Assembly (NCBI GenBank): GCA_020137815.1
Contig: CM035360.1
Coordinates: forward strand, 2,914,001-2,978,000
Reading direction: 5' to 3'
DNA: 64,000 bases
Origin: Hormiphora californensis
Lineage: Eukaryota > Animalia > Ctenophora
Shown here: piece by piece, positions 31,401-48,869 of the stretch
How positions within the stretch are numbered: the first letter of the stretch is position 1
Layout of the letters: every line of letters starts with the position of its first letter
Notes under the pieces: model-generated
What the model saw: only the letters and a program-made list of their open reading frames with translations
Databases searched by the model: none
What the model was told of the DNA's origin: nothing
Position numbers and translations under genes: made by a program

Positions 31401-31933
31401 TGTAGAGCTGTGTAAAACATATTTATGGGAAAATGCCAGAATCTGTTTAATTAAGGAGGGTCCAACACTTCTCTTAATTGCAACCAGGCACTGTCAGGCC
31501 AATGCTCTGGCAGGCTCAGCATATTTTTAGTAACATCTTTAATGCATATAAAAACTGCTGCATGGTTAATTTGAGCAGCACTTTTGAGTGACAGTAAATT
31601 AAGAGCATGAAGTTTTGGCAGGAATTTCCCATGAAGGGGGTAATAATAATTCTCCAAGCACGAGATTAGAACTGACAACTAATTCTAACCACCCTCACCC
31701 TCCCCTAGGTACCTGCAAAAAGTTAACCAAACTTGATCTCCTACTACGACCGAGCAGCATTCCCAGCACCCCTTCTTGGTGACCAGTACATGGGGAATAT
31801 CAGGCAGATACAGTCCTCTGTCCTCTTCCGGGATGTTCTGAGTGTCACGATCTGCAAACCACCCCGACCATTTGCACTTGTCGCTAATCCTCTTAAAATG
31901 ATGTTTGGGAAAGAGCGTGAGAATGGAGAGTGA
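24729..31933 (+). CDS. F-box / leucine-rich repeat protein with long disordered N-terminus
   Basis: Exons 24729-25585 (frameshift near 25405), 25665-25788, 26673-26833 (F-box LLVTVFTYLDIPSILEASRVCRQWH...VWKTVTL), uncertain exon(s) near 28.0-28.15 kb, 29250-29342, 29438-29572, about 29962-30056, 30215-30367, 31709-31933. LxxLxL repeats such as LRDLRLD, LCRLHV, LQRLTF and CKKLTKLDL. Confidence 0.75.
26165..26700 (+). repeat. About 48-bp tandem repeat (about 11 copies) spanning the F-box exon acceptor
   Basis: Unit CCCCTTCTCTCAG|GATCAGACTCAATGCTATATCTCCTGTAATCACAC. The final copy runs into the F-box exon. Confidence 0.92.
27297..27905 (-). mobile_element. 3' end of an L2/CR1-group LINE with (ATT)n tail
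   Basis: Minus-strand translation YLPEVWNRLPLDLRAVESVESFKSKLKTSLFTEAF is the typical L2/CR1 ORF2 C-terminus. It is followed by a 3' UTR and trinucleotide tail. Confidence 0.75.
28186..28365. repeat. (GA)n microsatellite
   Basis: Seen directly. Similar tracts at 17650-17702, 32145-32250, 38164-38404, 59366-59585 and 61115-61320. Confidence 0.95.
30434..31212. repeat. About 30-bp G-run minisatellite (about 25 copies)
   Basis: Unit CTGTGTTAGTTTAGTTCCGGGAGGGGGGA. Confidence 0.97.
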
Positions 31934-32150
31934 GCGATGAACAAGGGACAATCACCATGGTTACCATTGTGGTTACAATCACCTGGTGTTACCATGGTAA
32001 CCAGAAATCAAGTTGCGAGAGATACTCATTTTGTAAATTGTAATTAATAAGAGATTGAAGGATGAAGAGACATTATTATTAATATTTGAAAAGTTCCGGT
32101 CAGTGTAACAACATAGGGAAGGAAGGAGTGAATGAGAGTGAGAGCGAGAG

Positions 32151-32253
<103 letters not shown>

Positions 32254-33046
32254 CGTCTGCGAGCGGGTGTGAAAGAGAGAGCCAGAATTAGAAAATGTAA
32301 GATATACTTTAGAAAACAGCTGTGACTTCTGATTTCATTTTACCTGAACAGTGAACTGCATGTTTCGCTGTTGTCTGGCGACGCCGAACCGATCTCAGCT
32401 CATAGTGTGGCGTTTGGGGGTCGGCGTCACCAGACGATGTCGTTGACAGCAATTTCATCCTGTTTCATGACTTGGGAGGGGTTCATCCTGTTTCATTTTA
32501 ACAGATGACGTGGGAGGAGTTTTGTATCTACCGAAACATGCTCGTTGGAGCAGAGCATATAATATATATTGTATAATGCTCCCTTACTCATTTCTATTAA
32601 GTTTAGAACTTGTCTGGTGAGTGGTGACCCCGTTTTGACAGTACGCTTAGATCGCCAGACAAGTCAGAACCTGTTGCACCGCCAGACAGGACTTATTTTG
32701 TTCAAACCCTTTGAGGGAGGTTCCAACAAGGCAAGTCAAAACAGTTTCTGCACTGTATGGTAGCGCCCTACCCCATTTGACAGTGTGCTCAGATGGGGTC
32801 GCGGCGCCAGACAGTTTCTGCATGATTTTAAAGCATGACACGTTATTTTATTATTCAACGTGAATATATAGGTTTTCTTAACTAGCGTTGAGTTTGTCAA
32901 TGACATATTAATTCCGTTCCATTTAAAAAAATTGCTTGTTTTATTTTGACATATTGTGATCTCGAAACCTACTTAATCCTTACCGAATCCTCCGTTTGTT
33001 GACACCCCTTACTCAACAATCCTCTGTTCTATTTAGAATGTAAAAC

Positions 33047-36000
33047 ATGATCTTTACCCTCCTGATTTTGTTCCCCTCCCTGGTTGCTAAGGAACAAGCA
33101 CACCTGGTTGCTAAGGAACACGCACACCCTGATCCAGCCCCGCGGCTACACCTAACAGAATGGACAATACGCTCCGAGAAACTCTCTCCCTCCCAATTAT
33201 CTTCAATCCTCCCCATTATCCACGCCTCAAAAAGGGCAGCAGTCCGGAGCTTAGGTCGTATCGAGGTACCGGGGGCCAGGGTACCGGGCTACGTGCTACC
33301 GGAGCTGCACCGGGCTGGTGTTATTGGTGACCCTTTAGCTCGGGATCACGACGTGAAATTCCGGCCCCTCGCACGGTTAACATGGCTGTATACATGTAAT
33401 GTTAACGTCTCCTCAGTCTCAAGTTACCATGGTAACCATATGGGAGTCCTGGTGTTTGAGGGTATTGATACCATAGCAACGGTTATCTTGGATAAAACCC
33501 ACGTCTACCCAGGTCCAGATAACCAGTTCCGGCGACTTGTCATCCCGCTCACAACACGGCCTGAGAACCCCATGCTACATATAGAAGTAGTTATAGAGTC
33601 AGCCATGGTTGAAGCAGTGACAAGAGCTGCCCACTATCCCCATCTAGTCCCCCCGGTGTCCTACCCTCCCGTCCAGCATGGGGAGAAGGACAGACAGTTC
33701 ATCAGGAAATCTCCATCATCATTCAGTTGGGATTGGGGTCCAGCGTTCATACCGAGTGGTATTTGGAGGCCGGTTTGGATCCAGGGAGTTGGAGTGAAGG
33801 GGTGGGTGGTGTTGTCGACATCGCTAACAATTCGGTCCTCCAAGGTAACCATGGCTACACATCATGGGTCATCAAACGTAACCATGGATACACGTCATGG
33901 GTCCTCCAAGGTAACCATGGATACACGTCATGGGTCCTCCAAGGTAACCATGGATACACGTCATGGGTCCTCCAAGGTAACCATGGATACACGTCATGGG
34001 TCCTCCAAGGTAACCATGGATACACATCATGGGTCGACCGGAGAGTGGGAGGTGAACGGAGAGGTTGAACTAATGTCTGGTGGAAGTACTGAGTTTGTTA
34101 TCTCACTTGAGTTTCAATCACAGACAGATGGAGAAAAACTGAAGCTGACATCTCCTTTATCACAAACAGAATTTGACGTTAAAACGAATATCATAAAATT
34201 TTCTGGGCTCGTTTCCAATCCTCGGTTGTGGTACCCGTACACCCTTGGCACGCCTCACCTTTACAACGTCACCATTATCATCTGTGACGTCACGATGACA
34301 TGCTCCACCGTTACCAAGGTGACGGGATTCAGGAATGTCACCCTGGACCAATCACAGCTCGAGAAAGGGAGGATGTTCCAGTTTATTGTTAATGGGGAGA
34401 GGGTGTTTGTGAGGGGTGCTAACATGGTGCCCCTGAGTGTATTTAACGGGCAACAATCGCCCACTCTCATGTTTGATAGGTTGGTTTCAAGTTATTAACT
34501 TTTAGTTTTAGATTCTCTTCCCATATTTTCATCGATCTGACAATCCAGCTGTCTGGCGCCGCGACCCCATCTGAGCGCACTGTCAAATGGGGTATGGCGC
34601 CGCCATACAGCAATCCAGTTGGTTTTATATATTAATTCCTTGTTTAATTCCTTGTTTAATTCTTTGTTTAATTCCTTGTTTAATTCCTAGGTTGTTGGGT
34701 GCAGGAATGGACACAGTGAGGGTGTTGGGGAGGAGGAGTGTACCAGGGGGAGGAGTTTTATGAAGAGGCTGATCGGAGGGGAGTTCATGGTGTGGCAGGA
34801 AATGATGTTTGCGTGCTCACTTTACCCCGCTGATGATAGGTAATTAATTAGGGCCGCGGTCCGCCCTTCCTTATTATAAGTAAACAGTTCATTTATCAGA
34901 TCTCCTAGATCTAGATGGCCTTGTCTCTCAAAAGACTGCCCACAACTGATATATCTATATGAATATCCCCCCAGGTTTCTCCATAACGTTGCGGTCGAAG
35001 TAAAGGAGCAAGCCCGGCGTCTCTCCCACCACCCTTCCATTATTCTAGTAAGCGGGAACAACGAGAACAAGCAGGGTCTCCAGGAGAACTGGTACAACAT
35101 CACAGATAAACCTCTCTACGTCTCAGAATACATGAAACTGTATGATCAGACCATTAGACCAGCCATTACTCCCTACCTCTCCACCCCCTTCCTCCTATCC
35201 TCCCCTTCAAATGGTGAAAGTAGTGGACCGTGGCTGGATGACAACCCGAACAGCCAGTTGTCAGGTGATGTCCATTACTATAACTACACAACAAACTGTC
35301 TCGATATCTCCACCCTGCCAATCCCACGGTTTGCATCTGAGTTTGGGTGGCAATCATACCCTGCCTTGTCCACTCTAACCTCGGCCCTCCACACGCGGGA
35401 TATCACCTTGGCAACGACAGAACACCGGCAGCATCTAGTGAATGGGAGTGTCCTCCTTGCTCTTCAAATAAAAAGCATGTTCTCTGTTGGCCCTGGTAAT
35501 CATCTCTCCAATATGTCTCTTGTGTACCTCTCTCAGCTTCACCAATCTCTCTGTCTCACCGCACAAATTGGACATTTTAGAAGATGGTCCACTAAACTTC
35601 ACCCTGATGGAAGGGGTATGACGGCTGGGACCCTGTTTTGGCAACTGAATGATGTCTGGGCTGCGCCAACTTGGAGTGTATTGGACGTCAACATGAGGCC
35701 CAAAATGGTATGGTATGGGGTACGGGACCAGGGTTACAAAGAGATCATGGTGGTAGGACATTGGAACGGGACACATGCTGTCCTAAACTTGGCCACCCTT
35801 CCCCACCACCCTGTTGTGTCCGCCCTCTCACTGGATGTTTTCCTGTACGATGTCCGCAGTACTGCATCCCTTGATGAGTGGGGTTTGGACCTGCAGGATG
35901 TACCCGCTGGAGCGGAGATATGGGCCGCTGGGAGGGATGAACTGGCAGGGAAATGTAATGATTTGAAACAGTGTTTCGTTGCTGCAGAGCTAACAATTCC

Positions 36001-36553
36001 AACGAATGATGATGGCTCTAGAACCTCAACCACCATTATCAAGTTAGGCTTTGACTGGAGGGGTGTGGCCCTCCACAACCCTCACCTCTCTGCAGTTATC
36101 ATTCACCAAACAGAGTCAGGTGAGTTGTGGGTGAGGGTGAGATCAGAGGCCATCGCAGTATGGGTCTGGCTGGAAATGAAGGGATGTGGTAATAATACCG
36201 GTGGTAGTGGTAGTGGTTGTACCGGGGGAGTGTTTTCACGGAACAACTTTGTAATGTATGTACCAGAGGTAATTGTGATATTCAACCCTGACAACGGTTG
36301 TCAGGGGGGTTGTCACAACAATCGTGGTATCCCTGACAACGGTTGTCAGGGGGGTTGTCACAACAATCGTGGTATCCCTGACAACCAGGGTATTGTTCAT
36401 GAGGTTGGAGATGAAGGATTGCAGGTTCCTGAGTTTGAAGGATTGCAGGGTGAGGAGAATGAGGAACGAGATCTGAATGAGACGGAGGGAAAGGAAGGAG
36501 ATCAGAGGTCCTGTAAAGTTCACGTTACCTCACTCTATCATCACGTTGAGTGA
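33047..36553 (+). CDS. MANBA: Beta-mannosidase (glycoside hydrolase family 2)
   Basis: Signal peptide. Exons 33047-34479, 34691-34839, 34975-36553. Motifs FEGIDT, IRKSPSSFSWDWGPAF, RGANMVP, VWQEMMFACSLYP, RLSHHPSI..SGNNE, GDVHYYNY, PRFASEFGWQSYP, FWQLNDVWAAPTWS. Two 1-bp indels in exon 2. Confidence 0.93.
33836..34033 (+). repeat. 33-bp in-frame tandem repeat (SSKVTMDTRHG x6) within MANBA
   Basis: TCCTCCAAGGTAACCATGGATACACGTCATGGG x6. Confidence 0.95.
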
Positions 36554-37202
36554 ATTTGGAACTTTTATCGTCGATTTTGAGTGAATTAGAAACTTTTATA
36601 GGTGATTTTTTACGTTTTTCTAGAGAAATAGTAGTTAGAAGGATATCAAGTGGTAATTTTGTGGTTGAATTTACATTCAGATTTTTTAGCCTGATAAAAT
36701 AACTAAGGCAGGCAATAGCAAATTCTTTTTCCAATACCTTCTTCAAAAGTAAAAATAAAAGTTATATGAAGATCTTTGTCCAAAACCTTTTGAAAAAGGG
36801 TCGAGCAAGGCAAGGGTAACTGACTTGTCGAGTAACTCAACAATAACTGACCGGTCAAGGAATTGTTCACGTTACAAAACTGACTCCATCGTCATATCCA
36901 CTGGTCAGTCTTGTTTTGTTCAAACCGGGGAGGGAGGGTCGAACAAGGCAAGGTCAGTCTTGCTCAGCAAGTTGCTGGTCATATATTAACATTTTTCACA
37001 TGCTTTGTCACAAACTAAACAACTACACATGTTCGTCTACGCCTGCCTACTCTTCTTGCTCCGACCGATAAAAGTAGTCAGTGTGATGCCCGACGGTCTC
37101 CTACAAAGTCTCTCCTATCCATATCCTCTCTCCTGTTGATACAGTCTAGATTGTATAGGACCGGATATAGTCTAGTCTCTCATATATCCAGATACATGTG
37201 AT

Positions 37203-37842
37203 CTAGTCAATGCACATCAGGTCAGATTTGTTAAGGCGGTGTCCCTGACTACTCTGAAGTCTCTGGACATAGTTACTCGGGTTGCGGCTCCCAATTTCTC
37301 GGCTGGTCAGTAGTCGGACCTTAGTGTTGAAGTAGCTGATGCTCTCCCTGGTTTCTGGGGTAGATTCTTGGTCCTGTTGTTGTTCCTGTGGGGCGGGGGG
37401 GGGGGGGGTTGTTGAGTAAGGGGGGGGGGGGGGGGATACGTTGGGGTGTAGGGATGGAAAAGTCCTCCTTCAAGTCCAGGGCTTAAATTTAAACTTCATG
37501 GACCCCGATTTAGTGGCCCCCGATTTGGTGGCACCCCGATTTAGTGGCAGGATAATCTTCCCCCGATATAGGAAATTAGCAGTATATTTGACCCCGATTT
37601 AGTGGACACCCCGATTTAGTGGACAAAACTCTTTTCCCAGAGGATGTCACTAAATCGGGGTCCGACAAGTGTGACAGCTGTACCTGCTGGTTGTACTCGG
37701 GCCCATAAATTGAATTCCAGTAATCTTGGGCCTTGCGTTCCTGGTGAATCTTTTCCTTCCATCTGCTCTCATCAATGACTTGGCTAATTTTTGCAGTGCT
37801 GAGGTTCTTCCTGTTTGCACCGGGGACACCTCCACTTGCCAT
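37203..37842 (-). CDS. Small (about 113 aa) protein resembling ciliary microtubule inner proteins (C20orf85/C2orf50-like)
   Basis: Exons 37842-37684 and 37385-37203 in phase 0. DESRWKEKIHQERKAQDYWNSIYG and LTSREIG recall the W-x5-E-x6-W-x3-(W/Y)G and TS.EIG motifs of that group. Family call is from memory. Confidence 0.6.
37500..37666. mobile_element. CAGTCGGACCCCGATTTA-family MITE in intron, termini eroded
   Basis: Same internal sequence as 20153-20630 and 47015-47185. Confidence 0.8.
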
Positions 37843-38080
37843 GGTTGAGGTCAGCGCACTACAATTGATAATATTGAATGTATACTGCCAAAAAGAAAAG
37901 ATCTGTCAGAGCGAGAACCGCGGCCTTCAAAGCATTGGCCTGATAGGAAAAGACAGCAAGAGTCTTGCTGCAAGACAATACACATAAAACGTAAAAGCAG
38001 GGAACAAATAAAAAGCTAGGTGTCTACTCGTGACTATGACCAAGAGGGCTGAATCCCGACAAACGTGTGGTGAGTCATCA

Positions 38081-44238
<6,158 letters not shown>

Positions 44239-44435
44239 TTTGGTTATCACATTTACAGTGTCAAACAAAACAGTGTCTAGGATAAACCGGGGCAAAATGG
44301 TTAACTTTTTACTTAATCGGTTCTCACCCCCGTTTAAAAAAGATGAGATGAAAAAATTATATAGGATAATTTATATAAGATAAATATACACAAATAAGAT
44401 AAATTTCAACTCTAGGGACCATTATTTACTTAATT

Positions 44436-46913
44436 GGGGGGGGGACATGTTAATTGTTAATAAATCACCTCTTTTTTTCGATTTTGTTAATTAACGTTAA
44501 TTAACAAAATTAACAAAATTAACAAATGCTAAAAGACTGTTCTTATCGGTTGATAATACGACTTTAACTGGTTTAATTTGATAGTTTAATGACTTACCTA
44601 ACACATATATACCCAAACAAGGCCTCTTCCGGTAACCAAAGTCCGACATAAAGGTTTTTTGGCTCAAAATCGATAAAATCCAAAAGTTACAAATATTTCA
44701 ATTTAGCGTATAAAATCTCACTTTAACGTAATTTTTTCATAGATAATCGATTCTTTTAACGAAAGAAGATGATGTACAACGTTTCTGTTGGAAAAAGAAA
44801 TACAATTTTTCAAAAATCATTTTTTTGGTCAAAGATTGAAAATTTGCTTCGCTACAAATCCGTGTGTTTTTTTAGAAAAAATTGATTTTTGGGATATTTT
44901 TGATTTTTAGGTAAATTCATGAGTCTTAATTAGGTTTTAGAGTTGGAAAATGTGAATTAGGGTCATTCGACTTCAATTGCGGTTTAGTTTAGCTAGTTTT
45001 TATTAAAAGGTACACAATGGAACAAATCGCTGTAGAAAAGCCGAATAGTAAGGTGATAGTAAGTTGCCATTCATAGCGGTTCTCTCATCCTACCACAAAA
45101 AAATTTGTTACAAAGGAATTCCACCTCAAATGTACTCCTAAGGGTCCCCTCTATCGATTCCAACCAATGCTCATATTTGCTCAGGGGTGCTAAGGCCTCA
45201 TTTCCGGGTGGGCGTGGTACCTGTATTTTCAGCCTGAGGCCAAAACCATAAGTACCCTTAAAATAGGAGTAGAGATAAAATCGAGGGCACTAGAGTGATC
45301 AGCGTCCTCGCATTAGTGGGGGTAGGTGCCAGAATTAAGTCTCTATCTCATGTGGTTAATTAGATAATTGGATAATTAGGTTTGCGCATAACCGTTTTTT
45401 GGCTATATGGCTATAGCCACTTAGGAATGGTTTAGAGACTTTTCATTGGTGCCATTTTGTAGACAAAACGAAGTTGTGGGGGGTCGACGTCGGACTTTTA
45501 AGCTCTATCTTCAACCGTTTAGCCGTTATTTGGCTTTTAAGATTCTCCAAATGAGCAAAATACGGTAAAAACCCCAATTTTGAACACCGTTAAAGCCAAA
45601 TAACGGCTAAACGGTTGAAGATAGAGCTTAAAAGTCCGACGTCGACCCCCCATAACTTCGTATTGCCTACAAAATGGCACCAATGAAAAGTCTCTAAAGC
45701 ATTCCTAAGTGGCTATAGCCATATAGCCAAAAAACGGTTATGCGCAAACCTCAAAAAAAAAAACCTAATTATCCAATTATCTAATTAACCAGATGAGATA
45801 GAGACTTAATTCCGGGACCTACCCCCACTAATGCGAGGACGCTGATCAGTGATCAGCGTCCTCGCATTAGTGGGGGTTGCTAAGTTGAAATTTTTGAATA
45901 CTCAATTTTAAAGTCTTGCACATGTATTGGGATGTTCTATGAACTAATTTCCGTGTTTTGAAATTTTGAAATTTTAAAATTTTTTTTCGATTTTTTCCCG
46001 ATTTTTCACCAAAATCAAGGGCCAAAAAAGTGGCTTGCGATCCTTAGTGGCTCAACCGTTTGGGCTGAAACTCCGGATATCTGTAGATAATTACCCAATG
46101 AATAACAGGAAATATGATGCATAGCGATATTTGACTATAAAGACCCAATTTTTTACTATACAACCGTATGTACACGAATACAACCCATGCGCACTGCAAT
46201 AAACAGCAAAAACAAGGGTCACAAAAGTGGCTTGCGATCCTTAGTGGCTCAACCGTTTGGGCTGAAACTCCGGATATCTGTAGATAATTACCCAATGAAT
46301 AACAGGAAATATGATGCATAGCGATTCATTCCGACTTAGCAACCCCTACTGATCACTCTAGTGCCCTCGATTTTATCTCTACTCCTATTTTAAGGGTACT
46401 TATGGTTTTGGCCTCAGGCTGAAAATACAGGTACCACGCCCACCCGGAAATGAGGCCTTAGCACCCCTGAGCAAATATGAGCATTGGTTGGAATCGATAG
46501 AGGGGACCCTTAGGAGTACATTTGAGGTGGAATTCCTTTGTAACAAATTTTTTTGTGGTAGGATGAGAGAACCGCTATGAATGGCAACTGCTCTTCGAAC
46601 CAATCGAGAGTACTTGTCTATTTAGCCGGTATATAAATCCATTTTGTTGTTGTTGTTGTTGTTGAGGCTAAAATTTTAGTTAAATCACCTTACTAGAAGT
46701 AGAGGTAGTATGGGTATGCAAATCGTGCAGAAGGAACAACTTTGCTCGCAGAACAAGTGTTTAATACCAAAAACACGTGCTAAAGGGGATTTAGATGGCA
46801 TAAATGGCATTTGTTAACGTTTGTTAACTTTTTGTTAATTTTGTTAATAAATCACCTGTTTTCTCGATGTTAATATTAACAAAGTTAACAAAGTTAACAT
46901 GTCCCCCCCCCCC
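44436..46913. mobile_element. Composite non-autonomous DNA transposon with G-run TIRs
   Basis: TIR G(n)ACATGTTAA, 8-bp flanking duplication ACTTAATT (44428-44435, 46914-46921), TTAACAAA subterminal repeats. Confidence 0.75.
45062..46589. repeat. Large foldback (about 480-bp arms) interrupted by a third insertion
   Basis: 45062-45540 pairs with 45590-45849 plus 46350-46589. The insert at about 45874-46346 has TIR GGGTTGCTAAGT and an internal about 100-bp direct duplication. Confidence 0.85.
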
Positions 46914-46987
46914 ACTTAATTAAATACCTAATTTAAAAATTTGGGTAGGCAAAATTGGTACCGGGGCAAAATGGTTAACTCGCCCGT

Positions 46988-48213
46988 AGCGCCAAAACTA
47001 AGCATTTTAGAGTACAGTCGGACCCCGATCTAGGGACACCCTCGGGGGAAAGGCTCTTGTCCACTAAATCGGGGTGTCCACTAAATCGGGGTCAAATAAG
47101 GTTAATTTCCTATATCGGAGGAAAAAATCCTGTCCCTAAATCGGGGTGCCACTAAATCGGGGGCCCCTAAATCGGGGTCCGACTGTATATGTTTGTTCAT
47201 AAGTCATATATACCCATCTTGGCACACACAAAAGACGCCATATTTCACTAATTCGCCATTTATGAGTTATAACTCCAAAACTAAGCATTTGAGACCACAT
47301 TTTACTTCATAAGTCATATATAAACATGGCCTTATGAAGCAACATATGGTATAAAATGCTTAGTTTTTGAGTTATAACTCATAAATGGCGAATTTGTGAA
47401 ATATGACGTCTTTTGTGTGTGCCAAGATGGGTATGCTGATTGTGGCTAATTGGGTGACCCAATTGATTTTTCCTTATAGAATCCGCTCCGGAATGGCCAG
47501 GTTTATATGTATTTGATCGTTTTTTATTTTTTTGAACTTTTTTGTTCAACATTAAACATTAAAAAAATCGAAAACGATCAAAAAAATTCAAAAAAATAAA
47601 AAACGATCGAAAAAATTCAAAAAACAATAAAAAAAATTAAAAAATCAAAGAAATTTCAAACAAAAATGCCAAAAAAAACCAACCATACCCTGGGTTTCGG
47701 AAAAAGATAGATTTTTTTGGGGTTGCACTCCCCCCCCCCCATAACTATAACAGCTAATTTCAAGTTGCAACACAAAGAACTAAGCTCTCTGTGGTGGACG
47801 ATGAAGCTTTATAAAAAGAGAGAGCAGGGATGACTTGTGGAAGACGCAACACGGTGCTCTGCGGTAACAGTGTAACAGGCGCAAGCTCTCCAACACGGTG
47901 TTTCGTTAGCCAGGGGAGGAGGCGGCCATTACCTGGGGAGGAGGCGTAATGGGCCGCCCTCTCTCTAACTCTATCCGAGTGAATGCTTTCCCAATGTTCT
48001 ATATAATAGCACTAAAAATAGTACTGAAAACATTACTCTCCCTCCCTTTCCAACCTTTGAAAAATTTTCAAAAAGATTTTCAAAACAATTTTTGGGGGAA
48101 ATTTATCCTGCCGTTAAATCGGGGTGCCGCTAAATCGGGGGCCGTTAAATCGGGGTCCGACTGTATATGACCTATGAACAAACATATACTCTAAAATGCT
48201 TAGTTTTGGCGCT
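46988..48213. mobile_element. TIR element (AGCGCCAAAACTAAGCATTTTAGAGTATATGTTTGTTCATA) with nested Tc1-like MITEs
   Basis: The left TIR is split at a TA by MITE 47015-47185. Another MITE end abuts the right TIR at 48164. Confidence 0.75.
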
Positions 48214-48869
48214 GTCTGTCTGTGTGTCTGTGTGTGTCTGTGTTGATCTTTTCACTTTAAGCACTGCGTATTAGTTCAATTAGTTTGCACATATTCTTCA
48301 TAGTTTAATTAATATCTGTGTGTGGTCGAAAATACCAACAAACACTAGTGCTTTCATCTATGTGTACAAGTCCACTCTGTCTTAACATTAAACCCTCCCC
48401 CTACAGACTCCTCCAACTGCTCCTGTATCCAAGAGATTGGAATCTAGAGACATTCTCCACGTCACACCGACTATCCTGACTAATAGCAAGCTGCCGGATT
48501 GTGTATCCACTTTAGTATGATCAAGAAGACACAAATGATAGTAGATGGTCCTATTCCAGAGAAGGACAGGGCCTACTTTGAGCTTTATGTTGCCGCTAAT
48601 AAGCATTATCTGAGGATGGAAACACATCCGGAGATGGGATATCTATCGTCAACTTTGCTGTAAGTAAACCTCGTCAGTTTGATAATGGCTAATATTTATA
48701 AACATTCATAATCTTCAACTTCCTTATTCCACTCTTGTTTTGGAAGCATTTTCAACCGATTTTAAAGTTTGCACCTCTTTAAAATATCACCCCTGTACTG
48801 CCTCCTGGGTAGCACAATCCGAGGTTGGCGCAGAGAGGTTACCAATAACCAACTTCCCCTCCCCCTCAG

